A stretch of 64,000 nt of DNA from a virus, in IMG/VR virus record IMGVR_UViG_3300001041_000017, positions 16,058 through 80,057 of that record; one strand, written 5' to 3'. The position numbers were made by a program, and so were the translations under genes. Position 1 is the first letter of the stretch, and each line of letters opens with the position of its first letter. The notes below the pieces were generated by a model that saw only the letters and a program-made list of their open reading frames with translations, had not been told where the DNA came from and made no database searches. This document shows, in pieces, positions 1 to 9,116 of the stretch.

Positions 1-342
1 CTAAGTAAAAATTTCAATGAATCAGAATTTGTATGCAAATGTGGCTGCGGAACCGTCCATGTAAATCCTAATCTTATCTCTAAACTTCAAAAACTTAGAG
101 ATATGGTTGGGAAACCTATAACTATTGTTTCTGGTTATAGGTGTGCAGCTCATAACGCTGCTGTAGGTGGGGTTCCGAGAAGTCAACATAAACTTGGTAA
201 TGCTGCCGATATATCTATATCAGGAATGTCTCCTGCTGAAGTCGCTAAACTGGCTGAAAAGGTTGGGTTTAACGGTATCGGGAGATATTCTACATTCACT
301 CACGTTGATGTTAGAGGTTATAGATCTAGGTGGAATGGTTAG
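1..342 (+). CDS. Peptidase M15A family Zn peptidase (5'-truncated by the window edge)
   Basis: Frame is open from base 1: LSKNFNESEFVCKCGCG...SGYRCAAHNAAVGG...SQHKLGNAADI...FTHVDVRG. These are M15A motifs (SGYR, SxH, AxD, HxD). Confidence 0.9.
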   Translation, partial: LSKNFNESEFVCKCGCGTVHVNPNLISKLQKLRDMVGKPITIVSGYRCAAHNAAVGGVPRSQHKLGNAADISISGMSPAEVAKLAEKVGFNGIGRYSTFTHVDVRGYRSRWNG

Positions 343-404
343 ACCATATTGCTGAACCTAACAATATGGTCTTAATAAAATACTTAATGAAAGGAGGAAT
401 CCTA

Positions 405-584
405 ATGCCTAAAGTACCGAAAAATATGACTGGTGACGGTAATTTAGTTCATCCTGACGTTAAAGAGTGCTTGAATGCTGCTGTAGCAGATTTGGCAACA
501 CTTCGGGCTGAAATAATTGCCCTGAAAGGTGAAGAAGGAACTGAAACTCCCGAACTCACACTGGAAAAATCGGAAGATTCCTAA
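405..584 (+). CDS. Small hypothetical protein, possibly head-associated
   Basis: AGGAGG RBS at 392-397 precedes ATG 405 (MPKVPKN...), so 405 is a better start than 330. A terminator follows. Confidence 0.6.
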   Translation: MPKVPKNMTGDGNLVHPDVKECLNAAVADLATLRAEIIALKGEEGTETPELTLEKSEDS

Positions 585-609
585 ACTTCATAAAATCCAA
601 AAACTACAG

Positions 610-642
610 AGGGGCTAAATGTTAAAGTTTAGCCCCTTTTTT
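610..642 (+). terminator. Intrinsic terminator
   Basis: AGGGGCTAAA / TTTAGCCCCT stem followed by a T run. Confidence 0.85.
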
Positions 643-682
643 AATATCTATTTTTAATAATTGTTGAAAGGAAGTTTTATTT

Positions 683-910
683 TTGTCAAATAAATCTGTT
701 TCAAAAAATTTAGATTTAGAGAGAAAATTCTCTTATCATCCTCCAAAATTAGGACAGCCAGAAAAATATGAGATTATTAGAAGTATGGCTAAAGATTTAG
801 CATACAGAATTAATGAATTATGTCCTGATTGTGAAGAAAAATATGAATCCTTAAAAAGACTTCAGGAATCTGTTTTCTGGGCTAATGCCGGAATAGCTAG
901 AAACGAATAA
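683..910 (+). CDS. Acb2/Tad1-like hairpin-domain protein (candidate immune-signal sponge)
   Basis: FSYHPP..Q..KY..IR...K.LA..I...CP...EK...L.RLQESVFWANAGIAR matches the C-terminal helical hairpin signature I recall for this family. Confidence 0.65.
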   Translation: MSNKSVSKNLDLERKFSYHPPKLGQPEKYEIIRSMAKDLAYRINELCPDCEEKYESLKRLQESVFWANAGIARNE

Positions 911-933
911 TTTTTGAAAGGAGAATCTTTTAA

Positions 934-1233
934 GTGGCTAAAAAATATTTAGTTCAATTTATTGGGACAGCACAAACCAGGGCTACCCATAGGTATAAAT
1001 TCACCAAAGCAAAACCCTTTGATATCGTTTTCGAAGAAGATATTGAGTATTACCAAGACAATATCGACTTCCTTATTGTTCAAGAAATAAAAGATGTCTT
1101 GGAAGAAGTAGAGGAAGATTTGGATATCGAAGAAGAGGAAGACTTAGATATTAAAGACGATGAGGATCTTCCCGACTCCTTAGAGGAAACCGAAGAACAA
1201 ATTGCTGAAAAAAAGAAAAAAGTTAAAAAGTAA
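934..1233 (+). CDS. Head-associated hypothetical protein with acidic tail (YqbF-like position)
   Basis: RBS AAGGAG; lies just before the head-tail connector genes. Confidence 0.45.
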   Translation: MAKKYLVQFIGTAQTRATHRYKFTKAKPFDIVFEEDIEYYQDNIDFLIVQEIKDVLEEVEEDLDIEEEEDLDIKDDEDLPDSLEETEEQIAEKKKKVKK

Positions 1234-1246
1234 GGGTGATGTTTAA

Positions 1247-1846
1247 ATGCCAGAAGATATTCTCTGGATAAGCCCTAAAGATGTCCGTGATAGTACAGAG
1301 ATTAAGTTAGTTAAGGGTAAAACCGATTCAGTTTTAAATCTTTGCATAAAAAGAGCTATGGCTAAAATTCAGGCATTCTCTAATGTTAAATTTACTCCCT
1401 ACGAAGACAGAAAGTATCTTGACGGAAACGATTCTTCAGTTATTGAATTACCAGAAAACCTTATTAGTTTTGCTTTAGTGTTAGTTGACGGTGTAAACGT
1501 AACAGATTTAATAACGAACAACAATAAAAATATATCATCAATTAACGATGTTTTTTATTCTGGAACTTCTAATGTGATAGTTGAAGGAATCTGGGGATAC
1601 GATCCTATTCCTGAAGAATTAAAGATGGGTTTATTTTTATTGACTGAATCTTTAGCCTTAGTAAATAATGACATGGACGGTAAAAAAGCCTTAGCCTCAC
1701 CTTTCAAGATACAGAAGTTTGGTTCATTTCAGTATGAAATGTTTTCTACTGGTGGGAATAAAAAAACTACTGGAATCCCTGAAGTGGATATGTTGATAAA
1801 ACCTTTTACCTCTAAAGCAAATGCTATTTTTTGCGAGGTGATATAA
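1247..1846 (+). CDS. Head-tail adaptor/connector protein
   Basis: Synteny; I..A...I..F start, 'V.G.WGY..IPEELK' motif and C-terminal 'TG..EVD.L..PF'. Confidence 0.7.
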   Translation: MPEDILWISPKDVRDSTEIKLVKGKTDSVLNLCIKRAMAKIQAFSNVKFTPYEDRKYLDGNDSSVIELPENLISFALVLVDGVNVTDLITNNNKNISSINDVFYSGTSNVIVEGIWGYDPIPEELKMGLFLLTESLALVNNDMDGKKALASPFKIQKFGSFQYEMFSTGGNKKTTGIPEVDMLIKPFTSKANAIFCEVI

Positions 1847-1847
1847 C

Positions 1848-2171
1848 TTGTTTGATACAACAATTTCTGTTCTTAGGAAAAAATCTAAACCAAACATTGA
1901 TAAAAAGATTGAACAAGTTGAGGATCTAATAGCAAATGAAATTCCGGCTATGTTTGATAAGCCAAAAAGTTCTTTTAAAAGAACCGATGCTGGAGGTATG
2001 AATCAAACGGTCATACCTTTATATACTCAGTATGACGATTCATTAGGATTTGTCGAATTATTAATTAACGACATAATCATAAACGAAAAAACAGGAAAGA
2101 GATATGTAGTTATTGAGGAACCCTTTGATTGTCGGGGTCATCATATCGAAGCATATCTAAAGTCTAATTAA
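1848..2171 (+). CDS. Head closure/stopper protein
   Basis: Synteny, about 107 aa, C-terminal 'Y.V.E....GHHIEA.L'. Confidence 0.6.
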   Translation: MFDTTISVLRKKSKPNIDKKIEQVEDLIANEIPAMFDKPKSSFKRTDAGGMNQTVIPLYTQYDDSLGFVELLINDIIINEKTGKRYVVIEEPFDCRGHHIEAYLKSN

Positions 2172-2654
2172 ATGAAAATAATTTATAAATGTGACGTTGG
2201 TAAGTTAGTAACTGTCGTCCGGCAGCTAAGAAGACAAAAAATACTTGAGCTTAGTCATGTTATCAATGTTAGAACAAAAGAGATTCTTGACGAAGCAAGG
2301 TTAGAACATAGTGGTTCAGGTATGCCTTTCACAGGTTATTTAGGAAGTAGTTTAACCCATGAATTCTACGTTGATTCTGGATTAGGAAGAATCATAGGTA
2401 AAGTAGGAACAAACGTCAAATACGCCGAACTAAGGCATAGTGGAAGCCCATCAAGAAAAAGATGGTTCGTTTCTTTCAAAACTGCTCCATTGCTTAAAGC
2501 ATGGTTTATCAGAAAAGCAGGAGTTTCTAAAAAGGTTGTAGACAAATGGAAAGGTGGATGGGTTACAGACTCTCACCATCCTTTCTTTAAAATTGTTTTC
2601 GATAGAAAGAAACTACTTATCAAGAGTGATTTAGATAGGGTGATGAATTCTTGA
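2172..2654 (+). CDS. HK97 gp10-like neck/tail completion protein
   Basis: 'TG.L.SS', 'GKVGTNVKYA' and 'HPF' motifs. Confidence 0.7.
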   Translation: MKIIYKCDVGKLVTVVRQLRRQKILELSHVINVRTKEILDEARLEHSGSGMPFTGYLGSSLTHEFYVDSGLGRIIGKVGTNVKYAELRHSGSPSRKRWFVSFKTAPLLKAWFIRKAGVSKKVVDKWKGGWVTDSHHPFFKIVFDRKKLLIKSDLDRVMNS

Positions 2655-3136
2655 AGAAAAAATTCTTTGGTAAACAGTTAAGCGAAAAACTCTTAGAAAT
2701 CATTAGAAATGATTTTACAGAGTTGAAAACTTTAGAACTTGGTGAATTATCAAAACTCCCCTCTCCTACAGAGTGGGATTCTTTTTTGCCAGGAATAATC
2801 CTAATACCTTTAAGAACTAGGTCGGTAACGGCTGATAACGAATCTATAGTTGATTCGGTCTACAGCTATACAATGTACTATTTAAAGATGTTTGAAGAGG
2901 ATTCTAGTCCTTACAATTTTGTATACGAGGATTCAGAAAAAATCTCTCAAATAATTCTTGAAAATAAAACATTGGGAGATTTTAAAATACCTGACGGTGG
3001 GAGAGTTATTAATTGTTCCTGCGAAAATGTTTTGTACGATAATTCGCTTAATTCATATCTAAAGACTTTAGAAGAAGTGAATATTGTTGCAGTAGAGTTT
3101 GATCCAAAAATATATTTCAGGACACTAAGAGGTTAG
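2651..3136 (+). CDS. Tail terminator-like protein
   Basis: Position directly before the major tail gene; size. Confidence 0.55.
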   Translation: MKKKFFGKQLSEKLLEIIRNDFTELKTLELGELSKLPSPTEWDSFLPGIILIPLRTRSVTADNESIVDSVYSYTMYYLKMFEEDSSPYNFVYEDSEKISQIILENKTLGDFKIPDGGRVINCSCENVLYDNSLNSYLKTLEEVNIVAVEFDPKIYFRTLRG

Positions 3137-3148
3137 GAGGGAAATAGA

Positions 3149-3784
3149 ATGTCTGATTTCGAAAGCGTTAAACTTGGCGTTTGTGATGTATTTATAATGC
3201 CAAAAAATCAAACTGTTGAAATAAACTTAGGTCTAACTCAGGGTGGTATAGAATTCACCTATAAGCCTGAATGGTTCGATGTTAAAGCGGATCAGTATGG
3301 AAATACCCCAATTGATTCAGTTCTCATTGGTGAGCAGGGATCAGCGAAAGTTCCGATGCTTGAAAGTACAGTCAAGAAAATGAAAATGGCTATGCCTACA
3401 TTCACGACTAAACCTGGGTCTACTACTGACAAACCGGGGTCTCTTCATTTTGGTAGAAAGCCCGGTCTAAGGGCTCAAGATCGATATATGAGATTACGAT
3501 TACATCCTATTTCAATGGCTGACACTGACTACAGCGAAGATATTATAATCTATCGGGCTGTAAATAAGGGAGAGGCAAAACTTGGTTTCACGTTTAATAA
3601 AGAAAGAATTATTGAGTGTACCTTTGATGCTTTCATAGATCCTACCAAGAAAAATGGAAGTATGTTATTCCAAATTGGGTCAGAAGGATTGAGTGGTACA
3701 TTCTTGGATCTTTCTACTGCTGCTGAAAATTCTCCAGAGTTTACTTCGACTGAAGACTTCGGACAGGAAATAATTGAAGATTAA
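3149..3784 (+). CDS. Major tail (tube) protein
   Basis: 'LG.TQGGIEF.Y', 'ADQYG.TPID' and 'L.LHP' motifs; strong RBS; downstream terminator. Confidence 0.8.
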   Translation: MSDFESVKLGVCDVFIMPKNQTVEINLGLTQGGIEFTYKPEWFDVKADQYGNTPIDSVLIGEQGSAKVPMLESTVKKMKMAMPTFTTKPGSTTDKPGSLHFGRKPGLRAQDRYMRLRLHPISMADTDYSEDIIIYRAVNKGEAKLGFTFNKERIIECTFDAFIDPTKKNGSMLFQIGSEGLSGTFLDLSTAAENSPEFTSTEDFGQEIIED

Positions 3785-3792
3785 GAAAACAT

Positions 3793-3829
3793 AAGGAATC
3801 GGAATAGAGATATTCTGGTTCCTTTTTTT
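3793..3829 (+). terminator. Intrinsic terminator after the major tail gene
   Basis: AAGGAATCGGAATA / TATTCTGGTTCCTT stem plus T run. Confidence 0.75.
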
Positions 3830-3869
3830 ATGAAATTTATGAAATATAAATAATAGGAGGTTTTATTTT

Positions 3870-4313
3870 ATGTCTATTGGTGTAAGCAATCCTAAAATTC
3901 AGTATGTGGAATTGGACGATGATAAGAAGATCCCGATTAAGAAATTAGGGATCAAAAAATATGCTTTGATCTGCGGTTCCCTTAGAAAAATACTTAAAAA
4001 ACTATCAGAACAGGCAGAAAAAGCTAATCGGATTGAAAGTAACTCGAACTTGGTCTTTATTGACCTAATAATTGAGTTTATTGAGGAAAATACAGATCTG
4101 GTTATTGAGTTTGTTATGGATGCTGTTCCCGTCCTTGAGATTAACGACTTTGACGATCTTATAGGACTTTATGAATTGGTCAACATTGTTATAGCGGTTA
4201 TAGAGGTAAACAACCTATTCGCTATTGGTGAGAAGGTAAAAAAGTACCTGCCGGAACAGATGGAAGTACCGGAGGAAATGCTGAGAGACCTTCTGAAGAA
4301 TCAGAAAAAGTAG
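3870..4313 (+). CDS. Tail assembly chaperone (gpG-like)
   Basis: Lies between the major tail and tape measure genes; contains slippery A AAA AAG at 4238-4244. Confidence 0.75.
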   Translation: MSIGVSNPKIQYVELDDDKKIPIKKLGIKKYALICGSLRKILKKLSEQAEKANRIESNSNLVFIDLIIEFIEENTDLVIEFVMDAVPVLEINDFDDLIGLYELVNIVIAVIEVNNLFAIGEKVKKYLPEQMEVPEEMLRDLLKNQKK

Positions 4314-4687
4314 AAATTGATCCTAATTGGTATATAAAACTTGTAGGATTCATGGGTAGAGAGTACAACTATTCCCCAGATACAGTTGCAGAATTGTATC
4401 CTGGGGAAATTTTATGTTTGGTTAATGAGGCCAAACAAAGGAAAGAAGATGAGTTTAAATTAGAGGGAACCAAAAAGATAATAGAATATTTGTCATTAAT
4501 AAATATTCAGCATGGAGATCCAGAAGAAGTTAGGAGAGAATTATTAAAATCTCTGGAATCAGAGAGTCCATACTATAAGAAAGAAGAAAGAGATGAAGAA
4601 GGTTTTCAAAGATTAAAAGAAATGCAAGAAAGAATAAAAGAAACAAGTATAAGAGGAAGAGTAAATATAAAAATGGGTGGTGAATAG
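4238..4687 (+). CDS. Tail assembly chaperone gpT-like segment reached by -1 frameshift
   Basis: The -1 frame from the heptamer is open (KKVPAGTDGSTGGNAERPSEESEKVEIDPNWYIKLVGF) and runs into ORF 4352-4687. Confidence 0.75.
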   Translation, partial: KKVPAGTDGSTGGNAERPSEESEKVEIDPNWYIKLVGFMGREYNYSPDTVAELYPGEILCLVNEAKQRKEDEFKLEGTKKIIEYLSLINIQHGDPEEVRRELLKSLESESPYYKKEERDEEGFQRLKEMQERIKETSIRGRVNIKMGGE

Positions 4688-7600
4688 CTTGCCTACAAAT
4701 TACCTCTTACAAACAGAAGTAATAGCAGATGTAAATAATTTTAATACTGGTATGAGTCAGGCAGAAAAACAATTAATGTCTTTAGGTGCTGCTGGAATGG
4801 CACTTAATACGGTATTTACTAATTTACAAAGATCTATTTCAGCGTTTAACGCTAGTTTAAAGAATCTAAATAGTACAAGTTTCACAAACATACGAAGCAA
4901 TTTAAAAGCATTACAGACTTTAGGTAGGATTAATATACAAACAAAAGTAGATCATTCTGGGGTAGACCAAGTTATTACAAAACTTAAATCTGCTCATATG
5001 CTTAGAAATATCAATATTCAAACAAAAGTATATATGATTCCAGTAAACAATCTCATCACAAAATTAAAAACTGCCCATGCTTTAAATGATATAAGAATTA
5101 AAACTCAATCTGATAATAAAGGTGTTAATGATGTTGTAAAAAAATTAGATTCAATAAAAATATTATTAACCCATCCTATGGAATTGAGAATAAAAGCAGA
5201 ATTAACACCACTTAATTCTGTTGTAACAAAATTGATGGTTATTAAGAAATTATTAGAAGTTCCAATGAATCTTAGACTAAATGGAAGTCAGGCAAATTCA
5301 GTTTTCGCAAATATAAGAAGTTTATTCGCTGGAATGAGAGGAATAAGAATTGAGGCTGATAATTCAAGAATTGCAGAAACTTTAAGAGTTCTTAATCGAA
5401 TCATAATAGCAATAAATAAAATAAATGGTTCAAGGATTAGGGTAGATATTAACGGAAATCCATTAGGAGATTTAAGAAGAAGAACGGATCATGCAACAGA
5501 CGGAATTGAGGCTTTAAGAAATTCAGTCAGAAATTTAAAGAAAGATATGTATTTACTTGCCGGAGTAGGTTATATTTTCACTGGTGGGTGGATTTCTGAA
5601 AAACTATGGGAGGCTTTTGTTAAGCCTAATATGGAACTAGAAAAGATGAAAATATCTTTTGAAGTTCTTTTAAAGGATAAAGAAAAAGCAAAAACTTTGA
5701 TAGATTGGACCATAAAAGAAGCTGCGGTAAGTCCCTTTGAATCAAGAGGAATGCAGGACTTCGCTATGAAGATGTTAGGAGCTAATTTAGATCCAATTAA
5801 ACATTATCAGGTATTAAAAGATTTAGGAGCTTCACCTTCCCCATTAGGTTTGACTTCAGACCAGAACCTATCAGAGTTAGGTAGAATTATAGGATTAGCC
5901 TCCGGTGGTCAAATAGGTTTAGCTATGGACTCTATGGCATCCTTCTTTCCGGTAATAAGTCGTGCATCTATGAAACAATCGGCTGGATCTAAATTTGATA
6001 GCCAGAATCAGTATATGGGAGACTTTAAAGATTGGTTGGAAGATTTAAAAATAACTGTGGCAGATAGATTAGGTGGAATGTCAGAAAGAATAGGTAAAGA
6101 GACAGTATCGGGCAGATTAAGTACATTATCTGATATATATAATATTAGAAAGAAAGATATTGGGGATGTTAAATTATATGGATTAGTTTCATATGAAATA
6201 GAAAAATTAACAAAACTACTTTTAAGAGTTAAACCTGAAAATGTTGAAGCTATTGGTAAAGCTTTAGCCGACATGGTCAAGGTGGGATTAGAAGTTGTAA
6301 AAGTTTTCGGAGCGATTGTCTATTTATTTCTAATCAATTGGCAGACAATAAGATTTCCAATAGTAACAGCTACTTTTGCTTTAGTCGGTTTTTATACAGC
6401 CTCATTGTTAGTAGCTACTTTTAGGCCAATATTTGTTTTCCTAAGAATGTTGTACGCTGGATTTATGTCTTTAATAATAATTCAAAGGGCTAGATTTTGG
6501 TTAGTCTCATTTATGCTTACGGTAAATGGAACAGGACCTATTGCAGTATTATCGGCATTAATTCGTAGACTAGCTTTAGCTTTTGCATTCTTAAGATCTC
6601 AAATAGTAGCTCAAGGTTTATTAACCTTTTTAAGATCTTTTGGAAGGTTAGCCTTATCTTTATTGAATCCTATAAAATTACTAACATTAGGAGTTAAAGG
6701 TTTAGGGGCAGCATTTTCTTTTTTAACAACAGCTACAGGTCTAAGACTTATAATAATGTTGGCAGCAATAGCTATAGGTATTGCAGGGATGACAGGGATG
6801 CTTGACGGAATATTTGAAAAGTACCCAAGTTTGAAGGAATTCTTTGGTTTTAGTCCAGCATTTGCTAGTGATTTTGATTATGATGAAGCAGTTAAAAAAG
6901 CATTATCGGAACAAGATGAAGCTCTAAAGGGAAGTGACTTAACAAGTATTCCTGGATACCAAGAAAATGATATTACGGCAATAGCTTTAGCTATTAGGAC
7001 AACGAAAGAAAAATATGACGACATAAGAAATAGAATAATGAGTGAAAGAGACAGAGATTTAGAGAACTTAAAACAAAAAGATCCAGATGCAGAACAATCA
7101 GACGAGTATAAAAAAATTCAGCAAGAAGCTGACAAAAAACTTTTAGAAATAAACAAGAAACTTATAGACGAATTAAATGTTATTGGAGATAAAAAGACAT
7201 CCGATGAGGATAGAAATAAATTATTGGCAGCCATAGCAGAAACTCAAAAAGAATCAGCAGAATATTTGAATGACATAAAATATAACACGATGCAAAATCA
7301 ATATTCAGCTACGAAACAGCATGGAGATCTAGTAACATCCTTAGCTTCTGGTAAAAAAGACGTAGGGTTATTACAATACCTTGTCCAAAATCCTTTCGGA
7401 TTACGAGAAGAATCTCCAATGTATAGGCAATTAAGTAAAAATTATAGTATGGATATTATTGAATCGTTGAAGGATCAATTTAAAAGATTGACGGAGCAAA
7501 GAAATAAATTTGTAGATCAAGGTTATGGAGAAGGTAGCGATCAATTAATGCAAATTGATTTAGATCTTTTAAACGTCCAAAAAGAAGCTTTAGGACATTT

Positions 7601-7820
7601 GGATGAAATTAAAAAATCACTAAATCAAGGATCATTCAATCTTCCTTCAGGTATAAGTCCAATAACTTTGTACGATTACCATTCTGGCAAACCTGGTGGA
7701 ACTAGATCTATGACTTTTAAAGATTCTAAGTTTACCGTACAAGTTAAGCAATTAGCTGATATAGGTAATTCTTCATTTGAGGATGAGATTTCTAGGGCTG
7801 TAGCCCGATGGAGTGGATAA
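4677..7820 (+). CDS. Tape measure protein
   Basis: 1047 aa; N-terminal ~27-aa repeats, tape-measure core (ISFEVLL...A...SPF...T.SGRLSTL.D) and a hydrophobic central region. Confidence 0.9.
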   Translation: MVNSLPTNYLLQTEVIADVNNFNTGMSQAEKQLMSLGAAGMALNTVFTNLQRSISAFNASLKNLNSTSFTNIRSNLKALQTLGRINIQTKVDHSGVDQVITKLKSAHMLRNINIQTKVYMIPVNNLITKLKTAHALNDIRIKTQSDNKGVNDVVKKLDSIKILLTHPMELRIKAELTPLNSVVTKLMVIKKLLEVPMNLRLNGSQANSVFANIRSLFAGMRGIRIEADNSRIAETLRVLNRIIIAINKINGSRIRVDINGNPLGDLRRRTDHATDGIEALRNSVRNLKKDMYLLAGVGYIFTGGWISEKLWEAFVKPNMELEKMKISFEVLLKDKEKAKTLIDWTIKEAAVSPFESRGMQDFAMKMLGANLDPIKHYQVLKDLGASPSPLGLTSDQNLSELGRIIGLASGGQIGLAMDSMASFFPVISRASMKQSAGSKFDSQNQYMGDFKDWLEDLKITVADRLGGMSERIGKETVSGRLSTLSDIYNIRKKDIGDVKLYGLVSYEIEKLTKLLLRVKPENVEAIGKALADMVKVGLEVVKVFGAIVYLFLINWQTIRFPIVTATFALVGFYTASLLVATFRPIFVFLRMLYAGFMSLIIIQRARFWLVSFMLTVNGTGPIAVLSALIRRLALAFAFLRSQIVAQGLLTFLRSFGRLALSLLNPIKLLTLGVKGLGAAFSFLTTATGLRLIIMLAAIAIGIAGMTGMLDGIFEKYPSLKEFFGFSPAFASDFDYDEAVKKALSEQDEALKGSDLTSIPGYQENDITAIALAIRTTKEKYDDIRNRIMSERDRDLENLKQKDPDAEQSDEYKKIQQEADKKLLEINKKLIDELNVIGDKKTSDEDRNKLLAAIAETQKESAEYLNDIKYNTMQNQYSATKQHGDLVTSLASGKKDVGLLQYLVQNPFGLREESPMYRQLSKNYSMDIIESLKDQFKRLTEQRNKFVDQGYGEGSDQLMQIDLDLLNVQKEALGHLDEIKKSLNQGSFNLPSGISPITLYDYHSGKPGGTRSMTFKDSKFTVQVKQLADIGNSSFEDEISRAVARWSG

Positions 7821-7823
7821 TAA

Positions 7824-9116
7824 ATGTCTTTTACAGACTGTTTTAAATTATACAGAATAGATGATACATCTCCAACATATTCTGAAAACTTTGATTATGA
7901 ATCAGCTAAATTTGGAGATCAGAATCAAAATAATTTCATAGCAAATATGGGACATGGAACATTTTTTAAAGTAATAAAAGATGGCTATTTAACACAGGCC
8001 AAAGCTATTCTTAACTGTATATCGCAGGGAGGATACTTTAAATGTCTAGTTAATGTATACAAAACAGACGGTACTTCCTTAGAATATATTTCTTCTGCCG
8101 AAGCTATAAGATCAGTTACATCACCAGGAAAAGCGGATTTATGGATAAGTTTCGATAACCTTTATTTGTTGGAAGGAACTTATTATATAGCACTCTGGCC
8201 GGATGTCTCTACCTCCCCAGCAAACGGTTGGCAGATTTTAGCTGCAACAGGAAGTGTTGAAGAAACAGAATATATAGAAAAACCAGAAACATTAATCGGT
8301 GGATTTAATGGTAGTGGAATTTCTCAATCTGGAGCATACATTACAGAATATTTTGATCATTATTGTATTGTAGAAATACTTATGGGAAATATAACGGCTG
8401 GCTCATCCTCTTCTTCTGAAGACTGGAATATTGTCACAGGTTCTTCTTGGGAAACGGGAGTTCCTTGGAGTATTCTAAAAAGTAAAGAAAAAGAAATAGG
8501 ATCTAGATGTGTTTATACGCAGGAAAAAACATTTAACAAACCTGGAGTTGTTAAATTTACAAGAAGAATTTTTGTTAATTTAAAAGAAACAAATAATCAA
8601 AAAAGTAAACTTAGTTTTTTCATAGATGGAATATTAAAAGTATCATGGAAAGGAATTCACCCTTGGGAATTGTTTGATACCTATTTTATATTTCCTGCCG
8701 GAGAACATACTTTTACTTGGATTTTTGAAATAGAAGAAGAGGGGTCTTACGCAGAACTTGGATTAATAGAGTATTATAAGTTTCCCCCATTGAATGATAT
8801 AGAAATAATGGAGTATAAACCTGGAAGACCAGAAATAGTTATGGCTGAGACTTCGGTTATAGACGGTTTTTCTGGGTGGCAACGGGGAGCATATAAAGGT
8901 ACTGTTTTCAGTATGAAATTATACATATATGAAAACGATGCTTATTTGGACTTTATAAAAAATCTGGACAAGGCTTATATATGGGTAGATGAATTATGTA
9001 TCCCATATGTAGGCGTTTTCGTTCTGGAAGATGATATAAGTAAAATTGGGGCTAACTGTGCTTATATTGTCTCTTGCAAGCTACACTGTCCTCAAATGGC
9101 AGGTGTAGGAGCATGA
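7824..9116 (+). CDS. Tail protein (distal-tail position)
   Basis: Follows the tape measure gene; beta-rich. Confidence 0.5.
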   Translation: MSFTDCFKLYRIDDTSPTYSENFDYESAKFGDQNQNNFIANMGHGTFFKVIKDGYLTQAKAILNCISQGGYFKCLVNVYKTDGTSLEYISSAEAIRSVTSPGKADLWISFDNLYLLEGTYYIALWPDVSTSPANGWQILAATGSVEETEYIEKPETLIGGFNGSGISQSGAYITEYFDHYCIVEILMGNITAGSSSSSEDWNIVTGSSWETGVPWSILKSKEKEIGSRCVYTQEKTFNKPGVVKFTRRIFVNLKETNNQKSKLSFFIDGILKVSWKGIHPWELFDTYFIFPAGEHTFTWIFEIEEEGSYAELGLIEYYKFPPLNDIEIMEYKPGRPEIVMAETSVIDGFSGWQRGAYKGTVFSMKLYIYENDAYLDFIKNLDKAYIWVDELCIPYVGVFVLEDDISKIGANCAYIVSCKLHCPQMAGVGA

